Source: Clostridia bacterium DTU022 (GTDB lineage: Bacteria; Bacillota; Dethiobacteria; DTU022). Taken from it: a DNA stretch of 64,000 nt. The position numbers and the translations under genes were made by a program. Below are positions 1 to 9,235 of this stretch, piece by piece. Positions within the stretch are counted from its first letter, which is position 1; each line of letters starts with the position of its first letter. The notes below the pieces were generated by a model, which saw only the letters and a list, made by a program, of their open reading frames with translations, was not told the origin of the DNA and searched no databases. The stretch covers positions 1,176 to 65,175 of the forward strand of contig LFRQ01000015.1 of the NCBI GenBank assembly GCA_001512835.1. Reading direction: 5' to 3'.

Positions 1-465
1 TCCTGGGTGCCGTCGCCGTGATGCACGTCGGTATCGACGATGGCAATGCGGCGGTAGCCGTAGCGGCGGCGGAGATACTCGATCATGATGGCCTCGTTGT
101 TGATATTGCAGAAGCCCCGGTTGCCGTGCACCACGCTCATGGCATGGTGGCCCGGCGGGCGGATAATGGCAAAGCCGTTCTTCACCTCCCCGGAAGCCAC
201 GGCGTCGCCGATGACCAGCGCCCCCCCGGCGGAGACCAGGTGGGCTTCGGTGGTCACCGCCTCTATGGAAGGGACGCAGAAATGGACGCGGGCAATATCC
301 CGGGGGGTGGCCAGGCGAGGCTGGTACTCGCGGATCTGGGGCAGATCCATGACCCCCTCCTCGAAGATCTGGTCCCGGGTATAGAGCAGCCTCTCCTCCC
401 GCTCCGGGTGCGTGGGGGAGATGGCCCAGTCAAAGGCAGGGAAAAAGAGGATTCCCGTGGGCTTC
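1..465 (-). CDS. Histone deacetylase/AcuC-family amidohydrolase, 5' part only; the gene continues past window position 1
   Basis: Reverse-strand translation gives ...IVDTDVHHGDGTQ (HDAC zinc-site motif), RPPGHHA and GFCNINN. TTG start at 465 overlaps the TGA of the upstream gene and has an AAGGGGGTG ribosome binding site. It is not in the ORF track because it lacks an ATG and is truncated. Confidence 0.65.
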
Positions 466-2194
466 AATCCGACACCCCCTTAAAAGCGTCGATAATCCCG
501 GGGGCGATCTGGACTTCCACCCGGAAAATCTTCCCCACGCGGCTGTAGCCGCGGATCATGTTAAACTGCTCCGCCATATTGACCCGGGCCTGGCCCACGT
601 ATTCCCCGGCTCCCTTGGCGGAAGCCAGCCGGGCCAGCCAGTCCAGGGCCGTCTTCTTGGCCTCCTCCAGCTGGAAGGAGGCCGGGTTCTCAATGGGCCC
701 TTCGATGCCCTCCCGGTCGATAAGGTACCGGCCCTGCTGGGTATCGGCATACAGCTGGACCGTTAGAGTGGGCCTGGCCACCGCTGCGCCCAGGGCGTTG
801 GCCACCGGGGCCAGGCGGTGAACCAGGCCGGGAACCTTCATCTTCTCCGCCAGGAGCGGGACCACCAGCTCCGCCGCCCCGCCGATGCCCACCAGGCGAT
901 CCAGCCTGAAGCTGCGCCGGTGGACGATCTCCCAGACTTTGTAAGCGGGTTCGTTCTCCCATTCCCGGAACATCTCCTGCATGAGGCGGCTTAAGCGCTC
1001 CAGGGTTTGGTCCACCACCGCGGCGGCAAAAGCTCGGGGCTCCAGGCCGGACCCGGCGGCGGCCGCCGCCAGCTTCTCTTCGGCCCGGGCTCTATCCCCC
1101 AGGTCCAGGTTGAGGTGGACCACGAAAGCATCGCTGACCGTAGCCGCGGGACCGCCGAAGCAGGCCGCCGGCCCCGCCCTTTCCGCGGTAATCTCCACCC
1201 CGCCGGCTGCGCCTTTGACCACGCTGTCGCCCCCCAGGGCCAGGGAGCGCAGGGCCAGGGCCTGGATATGGGTAAAGCGCCCGTGAATGCGCGCCCCCTT
1301 GGAAGCGTGCAAGGGCTCTCCTTCGATGAGCAGGGCAATATCCGTGGTCGTCCCCCCGATATCCAGGACCACCGCGTTCTCCCGCCGCCGGGTCAAGGCC
1401 ACGGCGCCCATGGCGCTGGCCGCCGGGCCGGAGAAGACCGTCTCCACGGGGTTCTGCCGGGAGACCTCCAGGGGCATGGTTCCCCCGTCAGCCTTAAGAA
1501 TCTCCACCGGGGCCTTGATCCCGCGCCGGCGGAGGGCCTCCCGGATCTCCCGGACAAACTCCTCCCAGGCCTCTCCCGTCATGGCGCTGTAGTAGGCCGT
1601 CGCCGCCCGGCGGGGAAAATTCATCCGGTTGGCCGTTTCGCTTCCGGAAACCACCCGGGCCTCGGGGTACAGGCGGCGGAGGGTGCGCACAATCTCCTGC
1701 TCCACCGCCTGGTTGCGAATGGAAAACTTCGCCGCCACGGCCAGATGCCTGATTCCTGCGGCGCGGATGTGGGCCACCGCCTTCTCAATCTCAAAGGGGG
1801 AGATCTCTTCGGTAACCTGGCCCCGGAAATCGATGCTGCCCTTGAGGAAATAAGTATCCGGGGCCAGGCGAAAGTAATCGAAGGGAAGCCCCCGGCCGGG
1901 AACCAGGATCAGGGCCGTTCGGGGACCGCTGCGGGTGGCCAGAAGATTGGTCACCAGGGTGGTGCTGATCACCAGGCGGCGGAGGGCGCCGGGATCCCGG
2001 CCCTCCAGGAGTTCATCCAGCACTTCCAGAATGGTTCCCGCCAGCTTTTCCCTGGAGCTGGGCTTCTTCACAGACATGACCAGGGCGCCGTCGTGCATCA
2101 AGACGCCGTCGGTGGAGGTGCCGCCTACGTCGATACCCAGAAGCAAGGTCCTCGCCTCCCGGACCGGAGTTCCGCTTTCCCTATATTTTACCAT
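464..2194 (-). CDS. Hydantoinase/oxoprolinase family protein (HyuA-like)
   Basis: 576 aa. The N-terminal LLLGIDVGGTSTDGVL motif is typical of hydantoinase A/oxoprolinase N-terminal domains. A second GIGGAAELVVP segment is present. The ribosome binding site is weak, so the exact start is uncertain. Confidence 0.7.
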   Translation of the reverse strand: MVKYRESGTPVREARTLLLGIDVGGTSTDGVLMHDGALVMSVKKPSSREKLAGTILEVLDELLEGRDPGALRRLVISTTLVTNLLATRSGPRTALILVPGRGLPFDYFRLAPDTYFLKGSIDFRGQVTEEISPFEIEKAVAHIRAAGIRHLAVAAKFSIRNQAVEQEIVRTLRRLYPEARVVSGSETANRMNFPRRAATAYYSAMTGEAWEEFVREIREALRRRGIKAPVEILKADGGTMPLEVSRQNPVETVFSGPAASAMGAVALTRRRENAVVLDIGGTTTDIALLIEGEPLHASKGARIHGRFTHIQALALRSLALGGDSVVKGAAGGVEITAERAGPAACFGGPAATVSDAFVVHLNLDLGDRARAEEKLAAAAAGSGLEPRAFAAAVVDQTLERLSRLMQEMFREWENEPAYKVWEIVHRRSFRLDRLVGIGGAAELVVPLLAEKMKVPGLVHRLAPVANALGAAVARPTLTVQLYADTQQGRYLIDREGIEGPIENPASFQLEEAKKTALDWLARLASAKGAGEYVGQARVNMAEQFNMIRGYSRVGKIFRVEVQIAPGIIDAFKGVSD

Positions 2195-2257
2195 AGCGGC
2201 GGCTGCTTATTAAGGAGGCGCGGCAAATAATTGGGGGTGCTCCTAAAATTTCCTGCC

Positions 2258-3388
2258 CTAGCGGCGGCAATGGGCCCGGTACCCTTTCCGGCGCAGTAGT
2301 TCCAGGGCCGCTTCCCGGTGCTCCTCTTCCCGGAAGCCCAGGCGCAGGCTGCCTCCTTCCAGCTCCCGGACATGGAGAATCTCAATGGAGGCGATGTTAA
2401 TGCCCGTCTCCCCCAGCAGGGTGGCCAGGCGGCCGATTACCCCGGGGGTGTCGGGAACCAGCACCACCAGTTCAAAAAGCTCCGGCAGAATGCCCCGCCC
2501 CCGGTGGGGAACCCGCCTCCGGTATTCCCGGGCCTGCCGGAAAAACTGCTCCAGGGCGGCGGCGTCCCCCCTCTCCAGCTGCCGCCGCAGCCGCTCCAGG
2601 ACCCCCTGGAAAGCCTCCAGGGCCCGGGCCAGGGCCTGCCGGTTGCTGAGGCAGATGTCTCTCCAGATCTCCGGGCTGCCCAGGGCCACGCGGGTGGTGT
2701 CGCGAAATCCCCCGGCGGCCAGGGTGCGGACCATCTCCTCTTCCCCGCCGGACAGGGTGCTGTGTACCAGGGCCCCCGCCACCAGGTGGGGCAGGTGGCT
2801 GGCCAGGGCCACCAGGCGGTCGTGCTCTTCCGGCTCGATGATTAGCGGCTGAGCTCCCGTGGCCTCCACCAGGCCCACCAGCCGCTCCAATATCTCCTCC
2901 GGCGTCCCCCGGGCCGGGGAAAGGAGGTAGATGGCACTCTCCAGCAGGGCCGGATCCGCCCCCCTGATCCCGCTCTCCTCGGAACCGGCCATGGGGTGGC
3001 CGCCGATAAAGTAAACCTGCCGCCCGGAAAGGAGGGGGGTCAACTCCTCCATGATCTGCTGCTTGGTGCTGCTCACATCGGTAATCACCGCCCCTGGTTC
3101 CAGGGCGGGGAGAATCTCCCGGACCAGGTCCACGACGCTGAGGACCGGCACCGCCAGGACAACCAGCTGGGCACCGCGCACCGCTTCCACCGCCGAGGAA
3201 GCCCCCCGGTCGATGGCGCCCCGTTCCAGGGCCAGGGCCAGGGAGCCGGCGTCCCGGTCGTAGCCGACGATCTCGCGCACCAGGCGGCGCTCCCGGAGGC
3301 GGATCCCCAGGCTGCCTCCGATAAGGCCGGTCCCCAGGAGGGCCGTTCTCCGGTAAACAGCCCCGCGGCTAGACATAGCGGCCGACAC
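2258..3388 (-). CDS. tyrA: Prephenate dehydrogenase with C-terminal ACT domain
   Basis: 376 aa. NAD-binding LLGTGLIGGSLG motif, a TyrA-like core and a C-terminal ACT-like region. The GTG start overlaps the stop of the upstream DAHP synthase (operon). Confidence 0.8.
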   Translation of the reverse strand: MSAAMSSRGAVYRRTALLGTGLIGGSLGIRLRERRLVREIVGYDRDAGSLALALERGAIDRGASSAVEAVRGAQLVVLAVPVLSVVDLVREILPALEPGAVITDVSSTKQQIMEELTPLLSGRQVYFIGGHPMAGSEESGIRGADPALLESAIYLLSPARGTPEEILERLVGLVEATGAQPLIIEPEEHDRLVALASHLPHLVAGALVHSTLSGGEEEMVRTLAAGGFRDTTRVALGSPEIWRDICLSNRQALARALEAFQGVLERLRRQLERGDAAALEQFFRQAREYRRRVPHRGRGILPELFELVVLVPDTPGVIGRLATLLGETGINIASIEILHVRELEGGSLRLGFREEEHREAALELLRRKGYRAHCRR

Positions 3389-4382
3389 TGCGGGCCACCC
3401 CTTTCAAATCCTCCATCAGCCGGGTGAACTGCTCCGGGTTTAGGGACTGGGGCCCGTCGGAGAGGGCCTCGGCGGGACGGGGGTGAACCTCGATCATCAG
3501 CCCGTCGGCGCCGCAAGCCACCGCCGCACGGCTCATGGCGGGAACCAGTTCCGCCTTCCCGGTGGCATGGCTGGGATCGACGATGACCGGGAGATGGCTC
3601 AACTGCTTGATTAGCGGGACGGCGCTTAAATCCAGGGTATTGCGGGTGTACGGCTCGAAGGTCCGGATGCCCCGTTCGCAGAGGATAACCTGGTAGTTGC
3701 CGCCACTCATGATATATTCCGCCGCCATCAGCCACTCCTCAATGGTGGCCGACATACCCCTTTTCAACAGGACCGGCTTGCGGATCTTCCCCAGTTCCCG
3801 GAGCAGGTAAAAATTCTGCATATTCCGGGTGCCCACCTGGAGGATATCGACACAGGCGGCCAGATCCTTGACGGTAAATTGATCCATGACCTCGGTTACG
3901 ATCAGCAGGCCCGTCTCTTCCCGGACCCGACTGAGCATCTCCAGGCCTTTCCACTCCAGGCCTTGAAAGCTGTACGGAGAGGTGCGCGGTTTAAAAGCCC
4001 CCGCCCGCAGGATCTGGGCCCCGGCGGATTTGACCGCCCAGGCCGACTCCAACAGCTGCTCTTCCCCCTCCACGGCGCAGGGACCCGCCATGACGGCCAG
4101 CTTTGGACCGCCGATGGCCACCTCCCCCAGGCGGATCACCGTGTCGTCGGGGTGAAACTCCCGGCCCACCAGCTTAAAAGGCCGGCTGATATAGACTACC
4201 TTCTCCACCTCGGGCAGCGCCTCCAGGGTCTGGGCCACTTCTTCCCGGCGCTGGCCGATAACCCCCAGGATGGTCCGGTTCTCCCCCGTGGAGCGGTGAA
4301 TCCGGTAGCCCATCTCCTCCAACCGGGTGCTGATCCTCCGGATCGCCTCTTCCCCGGCCCGGGGATTCATGACGATGATCAT
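3369..4382 (-). CDS. aroF: 3-deoxy-7-phosphoheptulonate (DAHP) synthase, type I-beta with N-terminal regulatory domain
   Basis: The translation matches DAHP synthase/KDO8P synthase family motifs (KPRTSPYSFQG, GxRNMQN, VDPSH). The chosen start is MIIVMNPRAG at 4382, which has a GAGGAGG ribosome binding site 8 nt upstream. The ORF-track start at 4412 has none. Confidence 0.8.
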   Translation of the reverse strand: MIIVMNPRAGEEAIRRISTRLEEMGYRIHRSTGENRTILGVIGQRREEVAQTLEALPEVEKVVYISRPFKLVGREFHPDDTVIRLGEVAIGGPKLAVMAGPCAVEGEEQLLESAWAVKSAGAQILRAGAFKPRTSPYSFQGLEWKGLEMLSRVREETGLLIVTEVMDQFTVKDLAACVDILQVGTRNMQNFYLLRELGKIRKPVLLKRGMSATIEEWLMAAEYIMSGGNYQVILCERGIRTFEPYTRNTLDLSAVPLIKQLSHLPVIVDPSHATGKAELVPAMSRAAVACGADGLMIEVHPRPAEALSDGPQSLNPEQFTRLMEDLKGVARSVGRYV

Positions 4383-4404
4383 CCCAAACCGCCTCCTCAA
4401 AAAG

Positions 4405-4438
4405 CTAAGCAAAAAGTCCGTCCCCTTAGGGACGGACT
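4405..4438 (-). terminator. Intrinsic terminator of the T-box leader (expression platform)
   Basis: Minus-strand RNA AGUCCGUCCC-UAAG-GGGACGGACU is a perfect 10-bp stem followed by UUUUUGCUU. It lies immediately upstream of the aroF ribosome binding site. Confidence 0.8.
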
Positions 4439-4765
4439 GTACATCCGCGGTACCACCCTGCTAGAGCTTGCGCTCCCCTCTGCCCGGTACTTGCTCCTTT
4501 GAGCATACCGTCCTTCCTTTAACGGTGAAGGCTGCCGTCGGAGCCTACTCCCGGCGGGCTTCACCTCGCCTCTTCCCGAGCCCGCTCCCATGAGGCCACC
4601 GGGAAGCCGGCGCCGGCTGCCGATCGGTTTCGGTCCGCCTCTCCGGGGTGTATTCGCCTCCGCCTTGGTACCGGGTTGCACCGCCCCCCGGCTCTCTGAA
4701 ACCGGCAGCGGAAGTTACTCCTCCCCTTCATCGGCCCTTTCACAGGTACTGACAGATCTGGTTTA
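4439..4765 (-). promoter_or_regulatory. T-box riboswitch leader, probable tyrosine (UAC) specifier, controlling aroF-tyrA
   Basis: The minus strand contains AGCAGGGUGGUACCGCGG, matching the T-box consensus AAUUAGGGUGGNACCGCG (plus 4446-4463). It overlaps the 5' side of the terminator. Stem I has an AGAGAG motif and a GAA-UAC-A specifier-loop candidate (codon = plus 4650-4652). Confidence 0.75.
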
Positions 4766-4771
4766 GCTATG

Positions 4772-4800
4772 ATTGTAACCGACGCCACCCCCGGTGTCAA
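4772..4800 (-). promoter_or_regulatory. Sigma-A-type promoter of the T-box/aroF-tyrA transcript
   Basis: Minus strand reads TTGACA, a 17-nt spacer, then TACAAT (plus tgtcaa at 4795-4800, attgta at 4772-4777). Confidence 0.7.
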
Positions 4801-5004
4801 GGGCGGCTACCGCTGAAAAACAGGCTTATAGCCCGCCGGCTGCCCGGGTGCCGGCGGCCGGACGCTTTTGTTTGCGCCGAGGGCCGCCGCTTATATTTTA
4901 CGCCCGGAACCGCCGGAAGGTGACTTTCCGGGAAGAGAAAAAGCTCCGCCAAAGCGGAAGAGGAGATGCTCCCCGGGCCTTGAACCTCAAGCCGCCCCGG
5001 ACCG

Positions 5005-5048
5005 ATTAATAAAAGGGGCGGGCCGGAGCGCCCGCTCCCGCCCGCCCC
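5005..5048 (-). terminator. Intrinsic terminator downstream of lysC
   Basis: GC-rich hairpin GGGGCGGGC...GCCCGCCCC with an inner GGAGCG/CGCUCC, followed by UUUUAUUAAU on the minus strand. Confidence 0.6.
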
Positions 5049-5084
5049 CGAAAGCTCGAAGGCGCAAGCTCCAAATCCCGGCGG

Positions 5085-6341
5085 CTAGGCCTCCGCCGAA
5101 TAGGGAGGATAGGCGTTCTCCCCCTCTCCCAGGGCAAAATGGTCATGCAAAACCTTGACCGCCCCGGGCAGATCCTGCTCCCGGATCAGGAGGGAGATGG
5201 TTATGTTGGAATCGGCGGTCTGCAGGATGGGGATATTTTGTTCATTCAGGACCCGCACTACCCGGGCCATGACCCCGGGAATACCCCGCATCCCCTGGCC
5301 GACCACAGAAACCTTGGCGCAGCCCGTTTCCACCCGGAAAGACACCCCCAGCCGGGATAGAACTTCCCGCGTCCGCTCCAGGTCGCTCTCTCCCACGGTA
5401 AAGATTTTCAACAGCGGCAGGATGTTAATGAAGTCGATGCTGATCCCCGCCTCGGCCAGCCGGTCAAAAACCTCCACCTCCAGGGCGGTATCGGGCTCGT
5501 TGAACTGGACCATAATCTGGGCCAGCCGGGGAGCGTGGGCGATGCCGGTGATTACTTTTTCCGGTTGAACCTGGTAGTCCTCCCCGCCGGAAAGGCCGTT
5601 TATATCGATGAGCGTCCCCGGTCCGGCATCCAGGACGCTTTTGACCACTACCTTCACGTTGTGCTTCATGGCTATCTCCACGGCCGCCGGGTGGATAACC
5701 CGGGCTCCTTCATAAGCCAGCTGGCAGACCTCGCTGTAGGTTAAGCGGCGCAGGATGCGCGCCTCCTTGCAGATGCGGGGATCCGCCGTGGCAATGCCGC
5801 TGACATCGGTATAGATCTCCACCCGCTCCGCCTTCAGGGCGGCGCCCAGGATTACCGCCGTGGTATCGCTGCCCCCCCGGCTCAGGGTATTGATCTCCCC
5901 TTCCGGGGTGGCCCCCTGGAAGCCGGCCACCACCGCCACCTTCCCCTCTTCCAGGCACTGCTTCAACGGCTCCGGGTGACAGGCAACCACCTGGGCCTGG
6001 CCGTAGTTCCCGTCGGTAACCAGGCCGGCCTGCCAGCCGGTAAAGCTCCTGGCCTTTATCCCGGCGCGCAGGAGGGTGGCGACCATGGTGGCGGCGGAGA
6101 GAATCTCCCCGCAGCTCATGAGCAGATCCAGTTCCCTTAAGGGCAGGGAAGGGAAGATGCTCTCTCCCAATCCCTTCAGGGTATCGGTGGCATAGGGATC
6201 GCCCCGGCGGCCCATGGCTGAGACCACCACCACCGGCCGAAAGCCATCCTCCTGAGCCTGCCTGATTCTCTGCACCGCCGCCGCCCTGGATTCTTCCGTG
6301 GCCACGGAGGTGCCTCCGAATTTTTGGACCAGTATCTTCAC
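5085..6341 (-). CDS. lysC: Aspartate kinase
   Basis: 418 aa. MKILVQKFGGTSV N-terminus and two C-terminal ACT domains. GTG start. Confidence 0.9.
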   Translation of the reverse strand: MKILVQKFGGTSVATEESRAAAVQRIRQAQEDGFRPVVVVSAMGRRGDPYATDTLKGLGESIFPSLPLRELDLLMSCGEILSAATMVATLLRAGIKARSFTGWQAGLVTDGNYGQAQVVACHPEPLKQCLEEGKVAVVAGFQGATPEGEINTLSRGGSDTTAVILGAALKAERVEIYTDVSGIATADPRICKEARILRRLTYSEVCQLAYEGARVIHPAAVEIAMKHNVKVVVKSVLDAGPGTLIDINGLSGGEDYQVQPEKVITGIAHAPRLAQIMVQFNEPDTALEVEVFDRLAEAGISIDFINILPLLKIFTVGESDLERTREVLSRLGVSFRVETGCAKVSVVGQGMRGIPGVMARVVRVLNEQNIPILQTADSNITISLLIREQDLPGAVKVLHDHFALGEGENAYPPYSAEA

Positions 6342-6361
6342 TCTTCCTCGCTCCCCATTTT

Positions 6362-7390
6362 TTAGCCTTGCAGCAGCAGCTCGGCGATCTGAATGGAATT
6401 GGTGGCCGCTCCCTTGCGGATATTGTCCGCCACCACCCAGAGGTTCAGTCCATAGGGCACGGAGCGGTCCCGGCGGATACGCCCCACGTATACCTCATCC
6501 CGCCCGTCGGCATCCAGGGGCATGGGATAGATTAACTGGGCGGGATCGTCCCGGACCACCACCCCCGGAGCTTTCTCGAGGACTTCCCGGGCCTCCTGGG
6601 GGGTGATGGGGTTCTGGAACTCGATATTCAAGACCTCGGAATGCCCGTTGGCCACGGGCACCCGGACCGTGGTGGCCGTTATGGCCAAGTCGGGGATCCC
6701 CATAATTTTCCTGGTCTCGTAGACCATCTTCATTTCTTCCTTGGTATAGTCGTCCTCGACGAAGACATCCAGCTGGGGGACCAGGTTAAAAGCCAGCTGG
6801 TAGTGGCGGGCCGCTCCCTTGTGGGGAATATACTCGCAGGTTGCCTCCCGCCCCTCCAGGACAGCCCGGCACTGGTTAAAAAGTTCTTCCACCGCTTCCC
6901 GCCCGGCGCCGGAGACCGCCTGGTAGGTGGCGGCCACCACCCGCTTCAGCCCCGCCGCCCGGTGCAGGGGCTGCAGGGCCACCACCATCTGGATGGTGGA
7001 ACAATTGGGATTGGCAATCAGGCCGTTGTGCTTAAAGGCTGCCTCCGGGTTTACCTCGGGTACCACCAGGGGCACCTTCTCCTCCAGGCGGAAAGCGTTG
7101 CTGTTGTCGATGACAATGGCGCCCCGCTTGACCGCTTCGGGGGCCAGCTCCCGGCTGACCGCCTCCCCGGCGCTGAAGAAGGCGAAATCAACCCCCTCAA
7201 AGGAGGCGGGGACCGCTTCCTCCACGGAGTACTCCTGCCCGCCCACCTGGATTTTTAGATCGACGGACCGGGCCGAAGCCAGCAGCTTAAGCCGGTTGAT
7301 GGGAAAACGCCTCTCCTGGAGCACTTGAATCATTTTCTGTCCTACCATGCCGGTAGCGCCCACTACCGCCACGTTGTATTTTTTAGTCAT
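6362..7390 (-). CDS. asd: Aspartate-semialdehyde dehydrogenase
   Basis: 342 aa. VAVVGATGMVGQ NAD(P)-binding motif, catalytic NPNCSTI (Cys) motif. AGGAGG ribosome binding site. Confidence 0.9.
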   Translation of the reverse strand: MTKKYNVAVVGATGMVGQKMIQVLQERRFPINRLKLLASARSVDLKIQVGGQEYSVEEAVPASFEGVDFAFFSAGEAVSRELAPEAVKRGAIVIDNSNAFRLEEKVPLVVPEVNPEAAFKHNGLIANPNCSTIQMVVALQPLHRAAGLKRVVAATYQAVSGAGREAVEELFNQCRAVLEGREATCEYIPHKGAARHYQLAFNLVPQLDVFVEDDYTKEEMKMVYETRKIMGIPDLAITATTVRVPVANGHSEVLNIEFQNPITPQEAREVLEKAPGVVVRDDPAQLIYPMPLDADGRDEVYVGRIRRDRSVPYGLNLWVVADNIRKGAATNSIQIAELLLQG

Positions 7391-7497
7391 CTCTGGCTAC
7401 CTCCTGAATCTCCTCGTAATTACTATTGATTGCCCCGGGGATAATTCCCCATGCCCCTCCCCGGGAAGGGCGGGATCCGTCGGCTCCTCTTTTGGGG

Positions 7498-8874
7498 TTA
7501 ATTTCCCTTGGCCCGGCCTCTCCTTTTGCCGTCGCTGACGGCGCCGGGAGAGGCAAGATCCTCCCGGAGATGAGCAGGGATGCAGTCCAGGTTGATCAGG
7601 TCCTGGTACGATTCGCGGCGCACCACCAATTCCGCCTTCCCCCGCCTTAGAAAGACCACCGCCGGCCGGGGGTTGCGGTTGTACTGGCTGTACATGGAAA
7701 AGTGGTACGCCCCAGTGCTGAAGACAAGCAGCAGGTCTCCGGGCGATACCGGGGGAAGAGCCAAATCCCGGATGAGAATATCCCCCGACTCGCAGGCCTT
7801 GCCGGCCACGGTGACGGTTTCCGCGGCCGGATCCCGCGCCCGGTTGGCCAGAACGGCCTCGTAGCGGGCACCGTAAAGGGCCGTGCGCAGGTTATCCATC
7901 ATCCCCCCGTCCACGGAAATATATTTTCGGACCCCGGGAATATCTTTAATCGTCCCCACCGTGTACAGGGTAACCCCCGCTTCCCCCACGATGGAGCGGC
8001 CGGGTTCCAGCATCAGCTTGGGATAGGGATAAGCATGCTCCCTGGCCTTTTCCTTGACGGTGCGCGCCAGGAGCGGCAGCAAGTCGGAGATCCCACAGGG
8101 CTCATCCTCCCCGGTGTAGCGGATGCCCAGGCCGCCCCCCAGGTCCAGCTCCTGCAGGAGCACGCCCGTGGCGGCGCGCACCGACTGCATGAAGTCCATC
8201 ATGGTCTCCGCCGCCAGGCAAAAGGGCTCCGCGGTCATAATCTGGGATCCGATATGGCAATGCAGCCCCCGGAGCACCAGGTTGGGCAGCGCCCGGGCCA
8301 GCTTTATCCCCTCCAGGGCCTGGCCGTCGGAGATGCCCAGGCCGAACTTGGAATCCTCCTGCCCTGTTTGAATATAGTGATGGGTATGGGCGGCGATCCC
8401 CGGCTTTACCCGCAGCAGGATCTCCGCCTGCTTCCCTTGCCTCTCCGCTTCCCGGTTGAGCCTCTCCAGCTCCATGAAACTGTCCACCACGATGCGGCCG
8501 ACGCCAACCTTGACCGCCAGGGCCAGCTCGGCGTCGCTCTTGTTATTGCCGTGGAAATAAACCCGTTCCATGGGAAAGCCGGCCTGGATGGCCGTATAGA
8601 GCTCCCCTCCGGAGACCACATCCAGGGAGAGCCCTTCCTGCTGCAGCAGCCGGCACATGGCCAAGGTCAGGAAGGCTTTGCCGGCATAGATAATCTCCCC
8701 CCGGGGATAGTGGCGGGCCAGCTCCTCCCGGTAAAGGCGGCACTGGGAGCGAATCAGGTCTTCATTGTACACGTAGAGCGGGGTGCCGTACTTTTCCGCC
8801 AGTTCCACCAGGTCCACTCCGGCAATGGTCAGGTGATTTTTGCTGTTAACTTCCATCCAGCTTGGCAGCGGCAC
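7498..8874 (-). CDS. lysA: Diaminopimelate decarboxylase
   Basis: PLP-dependent fold-III decarboxylase motifs (GTPLYVY, HCHIGSQ, GGGLGIRY, CESGD). The ORF-track N-terminal extension to 9048 runs through the riboswitch and terminator, so I reject it. The start is either GTG 8874 (GGGGGGG ribosome binding site) or ATG 8856 (MEVNSKNHL). Confidence 0.85.
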   Translation of the reverse strand: MPLPSWMEVNSKNHLTIAGVDLVELAEKYGTPLYVYNEDLIRSQCRLYREELARHYPRGEIIYAGKAFLTLAMCRLLQQEGLSLDVVSGGELYTAIQAGFPMERVYFHGNNKSDAELALAVKVGVGRIVVDSFMELERLNREAERQGKQAEILLRVKPGIAAHTHHYIQTGQEDSKFGLGISDGQALEGIKLARALPNLVLRGLHCHIGSQIMTAEPFCLAAETMMDFMQSVRAATGVLLQELDLGGGLGIRYTGEDEPCGISDLLPLLARTVKEKAREHAYPYPKLMLEPGRSIVGEAGVTLYTVGTIKDIPGVRKYISVDGGMMDNLRTALYGARYEAVLANRARDPAAETVTVAGKACESGDILIRDLALPPVSPGDLLLVFSTGAYHFSMYSQYNRNPRPAVVFLRRGKAELVVRRESYQDLINLDCIPAHLREDLASPGAVSDGKRRGRAKGN

Positions 8875-8899
8875 TATTCCCCCCCCTTTCCAGATCAAG

Positions 8900-8931
8900 A
8901 AATAAAAAAAGCTAACCCATGAAGAATTAGC
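8900..8931 (-). terminator. Intrinsic terminator of the L-box expression platform
   Basis: Minus RNA GCUAAUUCUUCAUGGGUUAGC hairpin followed by UUUUUUUAUUU. Confidence 0.75.
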
Positions 8932-9165
8932 TACTATCCGAACCGGGATAAGCCCCGCCGCTCCCGTGAGATAGCGCTCCACCGGAAACCGGGCTGTTTC
9001 CGGTGACAGTCTGCCGGCTATTTGCAGGCAGCCCAGCCCCCGGGCCAAGGGAACCCGGAAGCTTCGGCGATAACCCCTTTCACGCCCTTTCCTTGGAGCC
9101 CTTGCTCCTCCCGGCCGCTACTCTTGGTTACCGCACCTCTACCCCACCCTTTTGCGAGATGAGGC
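8932..9165 (-). promoter_or_regulatory. Lysine riboswitch (L-box) controlling lysA-asd-lysC
   Basis: The minus strand carries the L-box hallmarks AGAGGUGCG (plus 9132-9140), CAAGAGUA, GUGAAAGGGG..AUCGCCGAAG, CUGUCA and GGUGGAGCGCUAUCUC (plus 8968-8983). The blocks occur in the same order as in the B. subtilis lysC leader. Confidence 0.8.
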
Positions 9166-9183
9166 TTTATTCAATTTTTTTGT

Positions 9184-9212
9184 ATTGTAACATGAAAGCG
9201 CCGGCGATGCAA
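9184..9212 (-). promoter_or_regulatory. Promoter of the L-box/lysA operon
   Basis: Minus strand reads TTGCAT, a 17-nt spacer, then TACAAT. Confidence 0.65.
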
Positions 9213-9235
9213 TAGCGGCCAAGCCTAAAAAATAT

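Noticed and set aside
18-548. ORF-track plus-strand 176-aa ORF (and 85-384)
   Set aside because: It is antisense to the HDAC-family gene, which has clear HHGDG motifs on the minus strand. The product is Gly/Asp/Ala-rich low complexity with no ribosome binding site.
1007-2230. 407-aa plus-strand ORF
   Set aside because: It is fully antisense to the hydantoinase-family gene. The product is Gly/Arg/Pro-rich and typical of GC-rich reverse frames.
7702-8922. 406-aa plus-strand ORF
   Set aside because: It is antisense to lysA and runs through the riboswitch terminator. No motifs and no ribosome binding site.
8857-9048. N-terminal 64-aa extension of lysA in the ORF track
   Set aside because: The extension would be translated through the L-box aptamer and its intrinsic terminator. 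LysA homologues begin at the M/VEVNSKNHL region.
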